From: Octopus bimaculoides
Lineage: Eukaryota
Direction of reading: 5' to 3'
NCBI RefSeq assembly: GCF_001194135.2
Contig: NC_068985.1
Span: forward strand, 125,968,760-126,005,585
Length of the DNA: 36,826 nucleotides
A program made the position numbers and the translations under genes. Positions 33,142-36,826 of this stretch are shown piece after piece. The notes under the pieces are model-generated. The model made no database searches, was not told the DNA's origin, and saw only the letters and a list, made by a program, of their open reading frames with translations. How positions within the stretch are numbered: position 1 is the first letter of the stretch; each line of letters starts with the position of its first letter.

Positions 33142-34037
33142 ATGGAGAAAACGCCAGCAGGTGGCCACAGTTATGCGGCTGCAACTGGAAAAGGGATAGA
33201 TGCGGAAACGTTGGAACTACGTGAAATAAAGGTTGAACCCCAAAAAATGAAGGAATGCGAGAAGTTGCTGGAAAGAGACAGAAATACACTGAAATTAACG
33301 CCGCTTTTGGAACTAGCAACCAACGTAATGAAAAAAACGGTGATATATATAAAACAATGAAGATAGCAACAAGAAAATATAGAGATAGCAACAATAGAGG
33401 CTATTGAAGAATGTTTAAAGAAGATAAAAAATCTAACCACCTTTATAACAAGAAGGAGAAAGTACGCTACTGTAGAGGTGCGTTTTGCATCAGAAGAGGA
33501 AGCAATTAAGCACCTCACGGAGGCAATAAGATCCGAAGAATGGGCACTTTTGCCATCATACTGTGGCAAACATGTGGCCAGGGTACGAGTTAGCAAAGTG
33601 CTCCCAGAGCTGATAGAAGCATGGCTGATGACAGCCATAATGTATGACATGAATGAGGAGGCCAAGATACTGAAGGCCACAAGAACTCAAAGAGTTAACT
33701 ACTGGGGATATGGAATAGAGTTAACCGTTCAAGAAACAGCGGAAGACCTAAGCAGAAATGTCGAAGAGATAGTGCTGCCCGATTACGTAATATTGAGAGT
33801 GGTGATAGAGGGCAGGCAACCTATATGTTATACATGTGGGGAAAAGGGCTACATGAAGGCGAGGTGCCCCCAGAGGGAACAACAGATAGTGTAGACGGAG
33901 AGGCAGGAGAGCACGGACCAGGTGGTACAGGTCGAGATAAAGGAGAAAGCAACAGAGGAGGGGTTCATGGTGTTTAAAAAAAACGGAAAGAGAAGTGGGA
34001 GAGTGAGCTCTCCGCCAGAGCAGCAGGAAAAGAAATT
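33142..34037 (+). pseudogene. Tx1/L1-type ORF1 (RRM-like region plus CCHC knuckle), decayed, with no ORF2 downstream
   Basis: One frame from ATG 33142 with stops at 33358, 33364 and 33892: MEKTPAGGHSYAAATG...KKTVI...TFITRRRKYATVEVRFASEEEA...VVIEGRQPICYTCGEKGYMKARCP...EEGFMVFKKNGKR. Confidence 0.8.
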
Positions 34038-34062
34038 TTGGCTTACAGAAGGGATTACATAT

Positions 34063-35700
34063 TATAGATGCTAATAGTTTATACATGATGGTGAGGCACG
34101 TGATGGGTCGGAATTTTTGGGGTGGTGAGGTGGGGGGTTAGTAGTTTCTTCTGTTTTTGATAAGAGATATGTAATCCCTTCTATAAGCCAATTGGGGGCT
34201 TTCGCAGGGTTGGACATGACTTCATTGAGTGTTAAAGTTAAGTTGTAGGTGCTCATTAAAAAGTTTAGCCAAAAATTTGGAATCTTATCTATACCTGGGG
34301 GTTTCCATTTCTTTGACTTGGCGAGCACTGCTTTCACTTCTTCAGTTGTTATATCCTGCCATTCTTGATATTTGAGGTGGGCATTCTAATTAAACTCCTT
34401 TGGATTACTCTAAATGTTTTCCAAAAATCTTCAGTTTGCTGCTAGGGAGGTGTTATCACCATAATGGTATTTTTCCCCAGTTACCTGTAGAATTTATTTG
34501 TGTTCTCCTTGAATAGTATGATTTGTCTATGAAATACTGAGCGTCTTTTGCATCTTGCCAGTCTTCTGGTTTTTAATTGTAGTCTTTCATTGAGGATTTC
34601 AATCAGTGTATCCTTTGTTTTCTTGTAAAGGTCATGTTTAGCAATTATTCTTACTAGTTTGTTTGGTTTTTTAGTTTTCTCTTTGCTTGCTTCAAGTAGA
34701 AAAGATATATCTACTCCTAGTTGGATTGTTTGCCGGTTTATTCTTTCCATCCATGCAGGCTGTTTGTATGCTTTGCACATTTAATTTTTTGTCTATCCCT
34801 AATTTTAATACTGCATTTTTGAGTTACAACATAAGCGGCTGAGTAAATGAATTGATCAATCATTCCGAGGGAATTTTCTCTACTATTCTCAAGGAGTTGT
34901 CGTATCATCTTTTCAAGTGCGCTATCAACTTCTTTGATTACTTTTCTGTTCTTATTAGTATTAATAATTTTGGGAAGTGGGGCTCTTTCGTGGAAAGGTT
35001 GATGTAGTTGTATATGATATTGTTCTAGTATTTCATCTAACAATTCATTGCTGATGTGATCAATTATAGTGTTGTTAGTATCAACTGATGGTCCACCTTC
35101 ATAGGGTTCAGTGTACGTAGTTTGCTGGTTCGAGTTAGTGATTTCAGAGCTTTTTTTGTCTGTGGGTATAAGTGTGCGTGTGTTATACTGAGCTGACTTT
35201 TGATTGTTCTGACTATTTTGTCAATTTCGCAGTCAGTTAGACTTTTATATTTTTTTAGGATATCACGTCTCACAGCTCCTAGTTTATAGTGTCCATGTAC
35301 AGCCTGCTAAACGGGTTTTTGCTCCTCCAGATATTGTAGGTCTCTTTTTGTGTGGTTGATATTTCTGGATTTGGTGTTGAATAATAATAAGCATGCGTAA
35401 CTTCGATATATTCCTCCTTAGTCCATTTGTCTCGTATTTCTATTTCTTTACGATAGGTTTGATAGTTGATCCTGAATGTAGTTTGGTAGTTGATCTCGGC
35501 AGGTTCTTGAGGAGGTTAGTCCTGGTTTAAAGGCTTTTCGAGCTCAGTGTCACAACCTAAGGTCACTGATGAACGTGTTCTTCGAACAACACGGATTATA
35601 GGGGGTATTTCCATGACTGGTATCCAGGGCCGTGCTATAAGCGCACGGTGTTAACCAGTTCTCTGGTTCCTTTGATAAGATTCAGCGGCCCCAGGCATCA
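34063..35700 (-). mobile_element. R4/Dong-like LINE 5' part: 5' UTR, N-terminal domain and start of RT; 3'-truncated
   Basis: KWTKEEYIEVTHAYY...IWRSKNPFSRLYMD...RRDILK...LTDCEIDKI; PAWMERINRQTIQL; RRLARCKRR...LFKENTNKFYR; KWKPPGIDKIPNFWL...PNWLIEGITYLLSK; FRPITCLTIMYKLLASII. Confidence 0.85.
35588..35692 (-). ncRNA. Candidate HDV-like ribozyme fold (partial, degenerate) in the R4-like 5' UTR
   Basis: P1 GGGGCCG/CGGCCCT followed by GG, P3 TGC/GCA, P2 AACACCG/CCGTGTT (6 of 7 paired), hairpin in J1/2; L3 and J4/2 are non-canonical. Confidence 0.4.
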
Positions 35701-35837
35701 TTATTCGGGAGCGGGGATTTATTTTGAGAAGTTTAAAATTAGTTCATGTCATGACTTGCCTCCTGGAAGGTATCAAGTGGCAGGCCGACAGAATTCATGT
35801 AGCCTCGTATAAATGTTCTATATTATACACAGCCTTG

Positions 35838-35870
<33 letters not shown>

Positions 35871-36440
35871 NNNNNNNNNNNNNNNNNNNNNNNNNNNNNN
35901 NNNNNNNNNNNNNNNNNNNNNNNNNNNNNNNNNNNNNNNNNNNNNNNNNNNNNNNNNNNNNNNNNNNNNNNNNNNNNNNNNNNNNNNNNNNNNNNNNNNN
36001 NNNNNNNNNNNNNNNNNNNNNNNNNNNNNNNNNNNNNNNNNNNNNNNNNNNNNNNNNNNNNNNNNNNNNNNNNNNNNNNNNNNNNNNNNNNNNNNNNNNN
36101 NNNNNNNNNNNNNNNNNNNNNNNNNNNNNNNNNNNNNNNNNNNNNNNNNNNNNNNNNNNNNNNNNNNNNNNNNNNNNNNNNNNNNNNNNNNNNNNNNNNN
36201 NNNNNNNNNNNNNNNNNNNNNNNNNNNNNNNNNNNNNNNNNNNNNNNNNNNNNNNNNNNNNATATATATATAAATACATACATATATACATAATGTTCGA
36301 TGAAGACTTCAAAAGTAACTAGTAGCGACTTTCCTTGAAAATGGACAAAATCTGGCGTCATTATGTTATCAAGTACATACACACACACACACACATACAT
36401 ACATATACACACACACACACATACACTCACACACATATAT

Positions 36441-36604
36441 ACGACAGGCTTCTTTCAGTTTTCGTCTCCCGAATCCACTCGCAAGGTTTTGTTCGGCCCG
36501 AGGCTATAGTAGAAGATACTTGCCGAAGGTGCCACGCAGTGGGACTGAATCCGGGACCATGTTGCTAGGAAGCAAGCTTCTTATCACACACCTCCGCCTG
36601 CACC
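36441..36604 (-). mobile_element. SINE family A, 5' half
   Basis: GGCTTCTTTCAGTTTTCGTCTCCCGAATCCACTCGCAAGG...GGTGCCACGCAGTGGGACTGAATCCGGGACCATG...GCAAGCTTCTTATCACACA. Confidence 0.88.
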
Positions 36605-36826
36605 TACATATATATGTGTATACATTCATGTATATATGCATATACTCATATATTGTTTGTATCACGACAGAACGCACACGTTACCTTTATACAGTAAGTT
36701 TTAACTATTTTTCTAACGTGACTCTCTCTATTTCTATCTCCCCCTCTCATTATTCCCTCTACTGCTCTTCGCCTCTACCTGTCACTACTTCTCTCTCTCT
36801 CTCCTTCTCTTGTTACTCGTCCTTCG

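Noticed and set aside
35566-35595. CTGATGA on the plus strand followed by a hairpin
   Set aside because: Followed by GAAC rather than GAAA, with no stem I; it is antisense to the R4-like 5' UTR.
374-36568. Dozens of ORF-track entries rich in HT/CV/YI/LS/RE repeats or X
   Set aside because: They are translations of microsatellites, N gaps or the antisense strand of TE ORFs, not genes.

Overview
AT-rich, microsatellite-dense eukaryotic DNA with six N gaps. The SINE and short-repeat families look like those I recall from coleoid cephalopods, probably Octopus; this is inference from recall, not a database match. Most of the window is decayed mobile DNA: two Penelope-like (PLE) remnants, a Tx1/L1-clade LINE plus a second related ORF1, three R4/Dong-like (RLE-endonuclease) LINE fragments, an RTE RT fragment, four tRNA-headed SINE families, a non-autonomous Helitron and a Helentron/HINE-like element. 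Three splice-bounded, phase-compatible plus-strand exons (9033-9155, 16768-16862, 17661-17743) suggest the 3' end of an unidentified host gene. The most interesting signals are RNA and DNA structures. There are four minimal type-I hammerhead motifs, one at the 3' end of the Tx1-like LINE rather than a PLE, and an HDV-like fold at the 5' end of an R4-like element. There are also three fold-back inversions, two showing microhomology consistent with snap-back priming. All folding and alignment was done by eye; no ribozyme activity or family assignment has been verified computationally.
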